Of a stretch of DNA of 64,000 bases, positions 27,071 to 35,950 are shown piece by piece. A model generated the notes under the pieces. That model was not told the DNA's origin, did not search any database, and worked only from the letters and a program-made list of their open reading frames with translations. The stretch's first letter is position 1; the number at the start of each line of letters is the position of its first letter. The stretch spans positions 62,001 to 126,000 of the IMG/VR virus record IMGVR_UViG_3300037258_000590; one strand, given 5' to 3'. The position numbers and the translations under genes were made by a program.

Positions 27071-27356
27071 CGTGCGGGTCCTCTCGTCCGGCGCGCCAGT
27101 GCCAGGTGCCGCCCGGATAGTCCCGGCCGCCGCACAGGTCCTGGCGCAGTTCTCCTGGGTTCAGTGACCGGCCCTCGTGTCCCGGGCCGGCGGCAAAGGC
27201 GTCCCGTCGTAAGGCCAGTACCAGGCGATGGTGCACAGGCCGTTGATGATGCCTGCCGGCAGGCCGGGCGGCATCCAGGCCTGCGGACCCGGGGTCAGGG
27301 TTACCCGCCCGCCGCGCGGCTGCGCGATCGGGTCCAGGGCGATCCGGAGCGGGATA

Positions 27357-28487
27357 TCAGCCATGCCACAGCCTGGCATGCGGGAGCGGGACGATGAACT
27401 GGCCTTCGTACCCGGCGGCGCGCAGCTTGGGCGCGATGTCGCCGGCGATGTGCCAGGCGAGCAGCAGCGCGTACGGCGGCTGGGCCTGCATCAGCTCGGC
27501 CTCGTCCACGATGGGTACGGCGGTGCCGGGCAGCATGGTGCCGATCTTGTCTGAGCCGGCCACCTCGGCGATCTTGCTCAGGCAGGAGGCGATACCCGCC
27601 CAGTGCACGAGCGGGGTGGCCCGGGTGGACGCGCTGATCCCCCAGACCGGGCCGGCCCCGGCGGCCTTCTCCATCAGCTGGAGCAGGTACCTGCGGGCGG
27701 TGTCGGCACGGGGCTGCAGGTGCCCGCTGTCCAGCCAGGCGGCCCAGGTGCGGAACGAGCCGCCGTGAACCGGGACGTGCTCGACCCGTTCCGGGACCAG
27801 GCCGTGCATGGCCAGCGCGGCGAGCAGCGTGCCGGGGGTGTAGAACCGCAGGTGCTCGTGGTACACGGTGTCGACCTGCAGGCCGTTCACGACCGAGGCC
27901 CAGTCGTGATTCTCGGTGATGAACGTGCCGCCCTCATCGAGCAGGCTGGTGACCCCGGCGAGGAAATCATGCTGGTCGCCGGCGTGAGCGAGTACATTGC
28001 ACGCGACGATCACCCGGGCCTTGCCGAGCCAGCGGGCGATGTCCCGGGCCAGGGCGGCGGACCAGAAGGACTGCTGGACCGGGATGGCCTTGCGGCGCGC
28101 CCTGGCCGCCTGGCCGGTCGGTTCCACGGCCAGCAGCCGGGCCCCGGGCGCGTGGTGCCGGACCGCTTCCAGCAGCGTCCCGTCATTAGCGCCGATGTCG
28201 ACCACCAGGTCTCCCGGCTTCAGCCCGGCGGCGATGTCCGCGGCCAGCGCGCCGAAATGGCGGCGCATCGCGGCGGAGTTCCCGGTGGTGTACGGGTGAT
28301 TTTCCGGGAACACCTGCTCCCGGTCCGGGGCGTAGGTCAGCTGGGCCAGGCCGCACCGGGCGCATTCGGCGACGGCCAGCGGGTAGCGGTGCCCGTCGTC
28401 CCGCTCGGCCAGCGGCTGCTCTCCCATGTCCAGCACCACGTCCAGCCGCGGGTCTCCGCAGGTTCCGCAGCTCGTGACCTCACCCAC
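27357..28487 (-). CDS. NDP-hexose C-methyltransferase-like protein
   Basis: N-terminal CGTC...CARC Zn site, VVDIGANDG, YHEHLRFY, HGGS, C-terminal LLLAW..FIVPLP. Confidence 0.8.
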   Translation of the reverse strand: MGEVTSCGTCGDPRLDVVLDMGEQPLAERDDGHRYPLAVAECARCGLAQLTYAPDREQVFPENHPYTTGNSAAMRRHFGALAADIAAGLKPGDLVVDIGANDGTLLEAVRHHAPGARLLAVEPTGQAARARRKAIPVQQSFWSAALARDIARWLGKARVIVACNVLAHAGDQHDFLAGVTSLLDEGGTFITENHDWASVVNGLQVDTVYHEHLRFYTPGTLLAALAMHGLVPERVEHVPVHGGSFRTWAAWLDSGHLQPRADTARRYLLQLMEKAAGAGPVWGISASTRATPLVHWAGIASCLSKIAEVAGSDKIGTMLPGTAVPIVDEAELMQAQPPYALLLAWHIAGDIAPKLRAAGYEGQFIVPLPHARLWHG

Positions 28488-28716
28488 GGGCGGCCTCCGC
28501 GGGCGGCTTGACCCAGGGGAACCGGGCGGTGACGTCGCTGCCGGGTTCTTCGGTGATGGCGTCCCAGCCGCCCGGCGCGAACACGGCCACCGGGTCAGCA
28601 GAGCCGGCCGGGTACAGGTGCAGGTAACCGCCCGCCTGCAGGAACCTGTTCGCGAGCACGACGGCCGTGCCGCCAGCCTGGTTCCGGGTGAGCCAGGCCC
28701 GCAGGCGGTCAGCCAT
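28480..28716 (-). CDS. Hypothetical protein
   Basis: Overlaps both neighbours. Confidence 0.4.
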   Translation of the reverse strand: MADRLRAWLTRNQAGGTAVVLANRFLQAGGYLHLYPAGSADPVAVFAPGGWDAITEEPGSDVTARFPWVKPPAEAARG

Positions 28717-29665
28717 GGGCCTGGTACCAGGAGACCGTCTGGCTGAGCCCGTACTCGAACGGGGTGACGGTGAGCGCGGCGCCCGCCAGGTCGTAGATCT
28801 TGGCCAGGTCAGGCAGGCGCCGGGGCGGTGAGCCCTTGGGCAGGCTGCCGGGCAGCAGCTTGATCTCGCGGCCGTAGCACTCCGCGACCGCGTGCGCGAC
28901 CCCGGCGATAGTCATCTCGTTCGCGGTACCGACGTTGTAGATGCCGGTGATCGCGCGGTCCAGCAGCAGGGCCAGCTGGCTGGTGCAGTCGCCGACCCAG
29001 CAGAACGAGCGGGTCTCCTGCCCCGTGCCCTGAACCGGGAACGTGATGACGCCGCTGGCGGCCTCGGCGGTCAGGTCGTTCATCCGGATGCAGAATTCCG
29101 GGATGACGTGCTCGCGGCCCATGTCGGGACCGTAGATGTTGTGCGGCCGGGCGATCACCGCCCGGTCCAGGACCCCGGCGCGTTCCCAGGCCAGGGCGGC
29201 CAGCTCGCAGGCGATCTTGCCGCCGCCGTAGCTGTACCGCATGTTGAGCGGGTCCGGGACGGTCAGCGGGACGGTCTCCGGGGTCGGCACCGTGGCGGCG
29301 ACCTGGTAGGCCTCGCTGGAGGACACCAGGAGAAGGTCGCCGCACCCGGTCGCCTGGCAGGCGTCCAGCACGGAGAGCATCCCGCGCAGGGCCACGTCGA
29401 GCACGGCCCGCGGCTCGGCGTAGAACGTCTGGGTGCCCTGGAGGTAGGCCAGGTGGGCCACGGCGTCGCAGCCGTGCATGGCGTCACGCACGGCATCAGC
29501 GTCGCGGATGTCGCCGGGAATGACCTCGATCCCGGAGCCGTCCAGGCGGGAGCGCTTGCCCCGGCTCATGTCATCGAAGACCCGCACCTCATGACCCGCG
29601 GCGGCCAGCTTGCGGGACAGGGCGCTGCCGATGAAGCCGGCGCCGCCGGTCACCATTATCTTCAT
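28709..29665 (-). CDS. NAD-dependent sugar epimerase/dehydratase
   Basis: TGGAGFIG, VSSSEAY, YGGGK, RPHNIYGP. Confidence 0.88.
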   Translation of the reverse strand: MKIMVTGGAGFIGSALSRKLAAAGHEVRVFDDMSRGKRSRLDGSGIEVIPGDIRDADAVRDAMHGCDAVAHLAYLQGTQTFYAEPRAVLDVALRGMLSVLDACQATGCGDLLLVSSSEAYQVAATVPTPETVPLTVPDPLNMRYSYGGGKIACELAALAWERAGVLDRAVIARPHNIYGPDMGREHVIPEFCIRMNDLTAEAASGVITFPVQGTGQETRSFCWVGDCTSQLALLLDRAITGIYNVGTANEMTIAGVAHAVAECYGREIKLLPGSLPKGSPPRRLPDLAKIYDLAGAALTVTPFEYGLSQTVSWYQAHG

Positions 29666-30013
29666 GCCGGGCTCCCTCGCGACAGCGGGAACCTGGCTCC
29701 GTCACGGACGGCCGCAGGCAGTGGCTCACGGGTGCCATCGTAGCGTGTCAGGTCCGCGGGCGTCCGTGCTCTGATCAGGTGAGGCCGGGCGCGGCCGTAA
29801 GGCCTTCAGGCTCAGCCGGCGGTCAGCTGCGCCAGCCTGCGCTGCGGTACTCGGTACCCTGGTTCCAGTCCGCGTCCGGGGCGTTCGCACCGCGCGCCCG
29901 TTTCTCCCACGCGTCGCGGGTCTCCTGGTCCAGCTCCGCCCAGTCAGCCGCGCGGCCTGATTCTGAGCAGTATGCCTCGAACCGGATCTGGCCGGGCGTT
30001 TTTCCCGGCATGC

Positions 30014-30196
30014 TCATCCGGTGATCAGCTGCGCGAGCATGTACAGGGCGAGCCCGGCCGAGATCGCCGTACCCCAGACTGCTCGCGGGGTGACGAACCA
30101 GGCAACGATCGCGGCGGCGAAAAACACCAGGAACGCGATGAGGACGAGAAACCCGTGCACGCCAGAGACGCTGAACGCCGCAGCGGAAGCGTGCAT
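30014..30196 (-). CDS. Small membrane protein
   Basis: Two hydrophobic stretches. Confidence 0.5.
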   Translation of the reverse strand: MHASAAAFSVSGVHGFLVLIAFLVFFAAAIVAWFVTPRAVWGTAISAGLALYMLAQLITG

Positions 30197-30676
30197 CAGG
30201 TCTGGCGCCAGGGACCGGGCCCGCTCTCGAACGAACCGGTGGCGTTCCCCTCACCGCTGAGGTCGCACGGGCCGGACTGCGGGTTGACCGACACCCACTT
30301 GCCGAGCGGGCCGTCGTCGGCGGCGTCGTAGGGCTGGCCCGGGACGTCGGGCGGTGAGGTGACGGGGCTGGGCGCGGATGCCATCAGGGTCCTCCTGGTC
30401 AGTTTTCCCGGACGGTATCCGGGGTGGTGGTCGTGCCCCAGGCGGGGCGCGGCGGGTTGCAGCTGCCGGCCCTGGCTGCTGGCTTGCCGTCTGTGCCGGT
30501 GCGGATGCTGGCCCCCAGCTGCACCGAGGGCTCGCCCTGGTCCTCGGCGGGCGGCAGCGGGGTGACCGGCGGGGACCCGGGAGCGGACATGGCCGCGGAG
30601 CGGTCGCTCATCATGTTACCCGCTTCCTGGCTAGTGGGCCAAATCGAATCTTTAGCCAAATGACTAAGATCTTGCA

Positions 30677-30879
30677 TCACGCCTCCTCGCTCATACGTTC
30701 GGTAACAATACGGGTAACCAGTTCCAGGTTGTCCGCGATAAGCCGCAGCAATTCCGGGTTGTCCTTCGCATGACCGCCGATGATGCTGCAGTCCGGACAA
30801 AGCGAGCCCACGACGGCATACCGGGCAAGATCTCCCTGACGGCATACCGGGCAAGATCTCCCTGACGGGCAGTGCCCAT
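30677..30879 (-). pseudogene. Endonuclease VII-like remnant frameshifted by a 26-bp tandem duplication
   Basis: Removing one copy of 30812-30837/30838-30863 gives MGTARQGDLARYAVVGSLCPDCSIIGGHAKDNPELLRLIADNL... Confidence 0.4.
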
Positions 30880-30930
30880 GCTCCGGGCCTGCGCCAGCAG
30901 GTGCCGGAGCCTCGTCTCATCATACGGACC

Positions 30931-31248
30931 TCACGTCATGGCCGCGGAAATGAACGAGACGCGGCTGATGCCGGTCCCGGCGGCGGTACGGGCGTACAGC
31001 ACGGCCGGGTCCATGTCGCCGGGCGGCGCGGGAACGACAGGTGACTCTTTCGCGACCGGGGCGGTGAATTCCTCGGACTCGCCCGGATCGACGGGGTAGC
31101 CCTGGCCGTCGCCTGCTGCTTGCACGTCCGGGCCGCCGACATAGATGACCGAGCCGCCGCGGTTCTTGACCCGCACCCCGTTGGGGGGCACGGCGCACAG
31201 CGGAACGGTATCCTCGCCGACCTCGCGGGTTCCGGACGTAAAGCCCAC
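30931..31248 (-). CDS. Hypothetical protein
   Basis: 105-aa ORF. Confidence 0.5.
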   Translation of the reverse strand: MGFTSGTREVGEDTVPLCAVPPNGVRVKNRGGSVIYVGGPDVQAAGDGQGYPVDPGESEEFTAPVAKESPVVPAPPGDMDPAVLYARTAAGTGISRVSFISAAMT

Positions 31249-31251
31249 GGC

Positions 31252-31815
31252 TCAGCCCGCTACCGCCCGGCCGCCGCGCAGCACCCGGCCGCCGCCCGGC
31301 TGGAACCGGCCTGACCCGGCCGCAGGCTCGTTGCCCTTGATCCCGGGCAGCTGCGGGCCGCCGGAAGCGTAACCGTCATCGTTGGCTGCGGTCCAGTCCG
31401 CGGACCCGGACACCGAGTCGCGCACGGTGTCCTGGGCGTAGCTGCCGGAGCCGAACGAGCCGGGGCGGGTGAAAGTGACCGCATCGGGCCCGGTGCCGCC
31501 GCTGGGAGTGGTGCCCTGGGTGCCGGGCGCTCCGGTGCCGTTGATGTCGGCGGGCGCCAGGCCGGTGAGGCCGTCGACCGTCTGGCCGGCTTCCACGGTG
31601 TCGTCATCGCCAGCTCCGCCGCCGCCTGCGGTGCCGGGTGCCCCGGTGCCCTGCGGGAGCTGGCCGCCGAAGATCATGCCGCCCCAGCCGCCGGGCGGGT
31701 ACTGGCCGGCCTCGTTGGTCGGGTCGGCGGGCCCCTGGTCGTTCCCGGAGATCTTCGGGCCGCCGGAGATGCGCTTGGTGCTGTCGTAGCCGGGGACCTG
31801 AGTGCTGCTGGTCAC
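31252..31815 (-). CDS. Gly/Pro/Thr-rich hypothetical protein
   Basis: 187-aa ORF, GGAG RBS. Confidence 0.55.
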   Translation of the reverse strand: MTSSTQVPGYDSTKRISGGPKISGNDQGPADPTNEAGQYPPGGWGGMIFGGQLPQGTGAPGTAGGGGAGDDDTVEAGQTVDGLTGLAPADINGTGAPGTQGTTPSGGTGPDAVTFTRPGSFGSGSYAQDTVRDSVSGSADWTAANDDGYASGGPQLPGIKGNEPAAGSGRFQPGGGRVLRGGRAVAG

Positions 31816-32009
31816 AGGGGGCTCCTCATCATCTGGAGCCCGGCTCCCCGGAGGCCGCGGGCGACTGGTCAGTCAGCTACCAGGATAGCCCCTTCCGGCG
31901 GTTTTCCTCAGTTGCGGGCGGCGCGCCCTCAGCGGACGCCGTAGCCAGGAGGGCCGGATGCCGGCGGCTCCCTGGCCAGCTGGCACACCTCCTCGCTCAT
32001 CTTCTGGCG

Positions 32010-33497
32010 GTCGCATCCCGCACCCAGCTCAGGGCCTGCTGCCAATTGCGGCCTAAGCCCGGACCGGAAGCGGGAATGAATGAGGCCGTCGCACCCCCGC
32101 ACCCAGCTCAGGGCCTGCTGCCAGGCGCGTACCTGTGGCCGTGGTCGCACCTCATGCCCAGCTCAGGCCCTGCTGCCAGACCCGTTCGGGCTCGGCTACT
32201 TCGTCGGGGGTCGCACCTCATACCCAGCTCAGGCTCCGTTGCCAGGCTGTGCAGCTCACTGTCGCACCTCATACCCAGCTCAGGCTCCGTTGCCAGTGAC
32301 GGCGTGCCCGCGCGGCGGTCATCTGGGCAACCCCGTCGCACCTCATACCCAGCTCAGGCTCCGTTGCCAGCCTCCCACTGGAAGGCGCGCCTACGGCTAC
32401 AATGCAGTCGCACCTAATGCCCAGCTCAGGCTCCGTTGCCAGGCCAGGCGGATACTTCTGCGCAAGGTTCCAGCATGTCTGGGGGTCGCACCTCATACCC
32501 AGCTCAGGCTCCGTTGCCAGTCGCAACCAGTCGGCAGCGGTATACCTGCCGTTCTGCAGTCGCACCGCATGCTCAGCTCAGGCTCCGTTGCCAGCAGAAG
32601 ACGACCCGAATCTTAAGGTTGCGCTCCTGGTCGCACCTCATGCCCAGCTCAGGCTCCGTTGCCAGCTCCGGACGCCCAGGCCTTAATCCCAGGCGTCCGG
32701 AGCGTCGCACCTCATGCCCAGCTCAGGCTCCGTTGCCAGCCCGGGTCATGTCCCACCTCATGCCCAGCTCAGGCTCCGTTGCCAGCCTCAGCACCCTTGA
32801 GCGCATCGCGGCGGATCCGCCGTCGCACCTCATGCCCAGCTCAGGCTCCGTTGCCAGCCGCCCCGGCCAGTCCCACGTCGCCTTGGCGTCGCATCTCATG
32901 CCCAGCTCAGGCTCGGTTGCCAGACGTATTTCTTCCCGCCTAGGGCGACTGCTCGCAGCAGTCGCACCTCATGCCCAGCTCAGGCTCCGTTGCCAGGATC
33001 TCGACCATCTCGCCGGCGAGCACGCGACTCGTGTCGCACCTCATGCCCAGCTCAGGCTCCGTTGCCAGCCCCCGGCCGGACTTTGGCGAGGCTAAGCAGT
33101 CGCACCTCATGCCCAGCTCAGGCTCCGTTGCCAGGACCAGGGCATTTTCGCATGCCCGGGGGAGACACTAGTCGCACCTCATGCCCAGCTCAGGCCCCGT
33201 TGCCAGTGTGGCGCCTGTAGGTTGCCTGACATGGAGATGCGCGTCGCACCTCATGCCCAGCTCAGGCTCCGTTGCCAGCGAAGGCCAGCGCGTGACCGTG
33301 CTGACCACGGAGGTAGTCGCACCTCATGCCCAGCTCAGGCTCCGTTGCCAGCCGGACCCGTGGCCCCCCGCCATCCCGCCGGCGCCGGTCGCACCTCATG
33401 CCCAGCTCAGGCTCCGTTGCCAGCGGCGATATCGCGGACCTGGCTGATTTCAGGCTGACCAGTCGCACCTCATGCCCAGCTCAGGCTCCGTTGCCAG
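32010..33497 (-). CRISPR. CRISPR array, 22 repeats (36 nt) and 21 spacers
   Basis: Consensus (minus) CTGGCAACGGAGCCTGAGCTGGGCATGAGGTGCGAC; unique spacers mostly 30-42 nt, three of 10, 15 and 19 nt; degenerate repeats at the left (trailer) end. Confidence 0.98.
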
Positions 33498-35133
33498 GGC
33501 TCCGCTTTCGCGTCTGCCGCGACCTGCGGCGTTCCGGCGGCTTGCGAGCACCTACCCGGCCATAGGCTCCCGGGATAAGGTTCTCAGTCAGCCCGGCGTA
33601 ACCCCTCTCCTGACCTGGGTGCGAGCGCTCCCCGGAGGGAGACTCCGCGCCTGGGTGCTCGCCTGGCGATGTCACTATTGAGTTGGGTAGCGAGTTGACG
33701 GGCTGCTGGCTGACGCCGAGGCATGTCTCCCGTCCTGCCACGGCCTGCGCTGCCGCGGTATACCGATCCAGTATATTCCGGGCCGCGACCACATCGGCAT
33801 GGCCTTCGAGCCCGCAGCGCACGCACCGGAACGTGTCCCGGTCCGGGCGGTTTGCCGCGTCGACATGCCCGCAGCGCGGGCATGTCTGCGAGGTGTACGC
33901 GGCCGGGACGGCAGCCACCTGCGTCTTGTACGCGGTGAACTGCATCACCTGATACCAGTTCCTGGCCAGGATCGCGCGGTTGAGCCCGGCTTTAGCCCGG
34001 ACCTGCGAGCCTGGCTGTTCCGCCGTGCCCCTGGCTGAGCTGGTCATCGCGGACACGTCAAGATCTTCCATGACCACCATCGCGTACCGGTCGGCAAGAG
34101 CGCGAGAAGCCAGGTGCGCTCCCGCAGTGCGCTGGCGGACCTGGCGCTGGCTGAGCTTGAGGTACGCCAGCTTGTCCCGGGCGTACCGGGCCGAATGCTT
34201 CCAGCAGCCGCAATCGTGGGCGGGATGACCCGGCGGTGGGCAGTAATGCCGGATCAGCTTGCTCCGGCCGCGCACGGTAACCCACACGTCGTGCCGGCAC
34301 GGGTTCAGGCGGCGCTTGCGGCTCAGGGTACGCTGCAGCCGGTCCTTGCGCTGCTGCTGTCCCGCAGACAAGACGGGCGTGTGATAAGCAGCCCCGTCTG
34401 CGGTGGCGATAGTGACGGCTACGCCGCGGTCGACCCCGGTAATGCCGCCAGCCGCGGGTTGCCGTACCTGGGCGGTGTCGTACTGCAGCAGCACCCAGTA
34501 ACGGCCCAGCGCATCAGCGCGCAGCACCGCGAACCTGACCAGGGTGTCGGCGGGCAGTTCCCGGTGATACCGGATACGGATCACGCCGATGACACCCGGC
34601 ACGCGGAATTCGGCGGTTGCCGGGCGGCTCCCGGTCGCTTTCCCGGTCACGATCACGGTCTTGCCCAGCGGACGCGGGCCGTTCTCGCCCTTCACCTGCC
34701 AGTACAGCGAACCGCCCCGGTGCACCGAACGAAAACGCGGCGGGCTGGACGGGCACCGCTGGCCGGGTGCGTGCGGATTCCGGTTCCACCCGGCCAGCGC
34801 TTTGAGATGCCTGGTCCAGGACCCGGACAGCTGCCGCAAAGCGCCGTACAGGAAAACCGCCGGCACGTCCGCGATCAGCCGCAAGCCGCCCTGGTACGGG
34901 AACTCCACGCCAGCCTGACGGGCAGCCGTTACCGCGTAGGAAAGCCGCTGCTTGTACGTCTCTACCGGAACATGATGCCGGTACCGGTCGAGCTGTGACG
35001 CGGCAGCCTCGTTGTAGAACCAGGTGACGCCGGCGTGGCAGAACCTGAACGCGGTTTCCTGCTCCGCGGTAAGCATGGCGGCGTAGGCCTGAGCGCGGAT
35101 ATGCCGGCCAGCATCTTTGCCAGGCGGGGTCAC
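33481..35133 (-). CDS. Compact type V CRISPR effector, TnpB-derived (Cas12n/C2c9-like)
   Basis: RuvC-I GVDRGV, RuvC-II VMEDL, CPRC/CVRC Zn finger, RuvC-III ADVVAARNI; stop codon inside first repeat; no tnpA or cas1/2; subtype is inference. Confidence 0.8.
   Translation of the reverse strand: MTPPGKDAGRHIRAQAYAAMLTAEQETAFRFCHAGVTWFYNEAAASQLDRYRHHVPVETYKQRLSYAVTAARQAGVEFPYQGGLRLIADVPAVFLYGALRQLSGSWTRHLKALAGWNRNPHAPGQRCPSSPPRFRSVHRGGSLYWQVKGENGPRPLGKTVIVTGKATGSRPATAEFRVPGVIGVIRIRYHRELPADTLVRFAVLRADALGRYWVLLQYDTAQVRQPAAGGITGVDRGVAVTIATADGAAYHTPVLSAGQQQRKDRLQRTLSRKRRLNPCRHDVWVTVRGRSKLIRHYCPPPGHPAHDCGCWKHSARYARDKLAYLKLSQRQVRQRTAGAHLASRALADRYAMVVMEDLDVSAMTSSARGTAEQPGSQVRAKAGLNRAILARNWYQVMQFTAYKTQVAAVPAAYTSQTCPRCGHVDAANRPDRDTFRCVRCGLEGHADVVAARNILDRYTAAAQAVAGRETCLGVSQQPVNSLPNSIVTSPGEHPGAESPSGERSHPGQERGYAGLTENLIPGAYGRVGARKPPERRRSRQTRKRSPGNGA
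33609..33625 (-). ncRNA. Candidate anti-repeat (tracrRNA/omegaRNA-like) inside effector 3' CDS
   Basis: Minus-strand CUCGCACCCAGGUCAGG can pair with repeat blocks UGCGA, CUGGG and CCUGA. Confidence 0.5.
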
Positions 35134-35354
35134 CGGCCCGCACCTGCTGCCAGGCAGCGCTCTACCTCCGCCAGGCTGGCACCTGTCTGCTCATCGCCGG
35201 CCAGCAGCCTGCCCTCCGCGTTGCGCAGGTACCAGCGCCCGTAGCCGAGCGCGCGAGGGTCACGCCGCCGGAGCTTAGCCAGGCGCAGCCCCTGCCGGGC
35301 GGCAGCGCGCCGGGAACGGTTCTCCCGGGTCATCAGCGTGTAGTCGCGAGTCAC
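35130..35354 (-). CDS. Small basic protein translationally coupled to the Cas12-like gene
   Basis: GTGA overlap at 35130-35133; Arg-rich. Confidence 0.5.
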   Translation of the reverse strand: MTRDYTLMTRENRSRRAAARQGLRLAKLRRRDPRALGYGRWYLRNAEGRLLAGDEQTGASLAEVERCLAAGAGR

Positions 35355-35383
35355 GCCAGCTGTAACGACAGCTGTAGCGGGAG

Positions 35384-35698
35384 TTATTCCCTTGCGTCTC
35401 CTGCGCGCATCCCGGCGGGCGGGTTCGCGTGCGGCGCCAGCTTCGCCATTTCCGTGGTCATCTGCTGCCGGATCTCCTGCTCCGCGAGATGCGGCGTACC
35501 ACCGTAGATCATGGCGCGGATAATGCGGAGCCGCCGGGCAGCGTCCACGGCTTCCGCTTCAAGCACGTCTTCCAGGTGCTCGCACCACTGGCGCAGCAGC
35601 GTGACCTGGATCTGCAGGACGGCATCAGCCGGAGCTGACAGGCCGAGCCGGCGCAGGTACTGCTCAAGGATGTCCCTGGTCGCGCTCACCGCCGGCAC
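35384..35698 (-). CDS. Hypothetical protein
   Basis: 104 aa, contains PHANPPAGMR near the C-terminus. Confidence 0.5.
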   Translation of the reverse strand: MPAVSATRDILEQYLRRLGLSAPADAVLQIQVTLLRQWCEHLEDVLEAEAVDAARRLRIIRAMIYGGTPHLAEQEIRQQMTTEMAKLAPHANPPAGMRAGDARE

Positions 35699-35751
35699 CG
35701 CCCTCCTGCTGTCAGGCTAGCGCATCCCGGCGGGCAGGTTCGCGTGCGGCG
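35405..35751. repeat. 32-bp direct repeat pair (1 mismatch)
   Basis: gcgcatcccggcgggc(g/a)ggttcgcgtgcggcg at 35405-35436 and 35720-35751. Confidence 0.85.
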
Positions 35752-35950
35752 AGCACCTGATGCACTGCAGGTTCGAGCTGTCGGCAGAGTCGGTGATGAC
35801 CAGGGTGCCGGGCATCGCCATGTGCCCGCAGGGCAGCCGCTTGAGCAGGACCCCGCCGTCACGGCAGGCCATGCAGACGTGCCGCGTGTCGGCCAGCACG
35901 ATCCGGTCCGCTGACGGCGGGATAGGCCGCCCGCAGGAGCCGCACGGCAT
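35717..35950 (-). CDS. Cys-rich Zn-binding hypothetical protein
   Basis: CGSC, CMAC, LPCGH, CIRC. Confidence 0.55.
   Translation of the reverse strand: MPCGSCGRPIPPSADRIVLADTRHVCMACRDGGVLLKRLPCGHMAMPGTLVITDSADSSNLQCIRCSPHANLPAGMR

Noticed and set aside
32046-33461. Self-targeting spacers
   Set aside because: No match noticed within the window by eye; an exhaustive alignment is still needed
31929-33565. ORFs with repeated SHLMPSSGSVA/RTSCPAQAPLP peptides
   Set aside because: These are translations of CRISPR repeats
33481-35133. IS200/IS605 transposon
   Set aside because: No TnpA or resolvase and no terminal hairpins seen; direct linkage to a CRISPR array favours a type V effector
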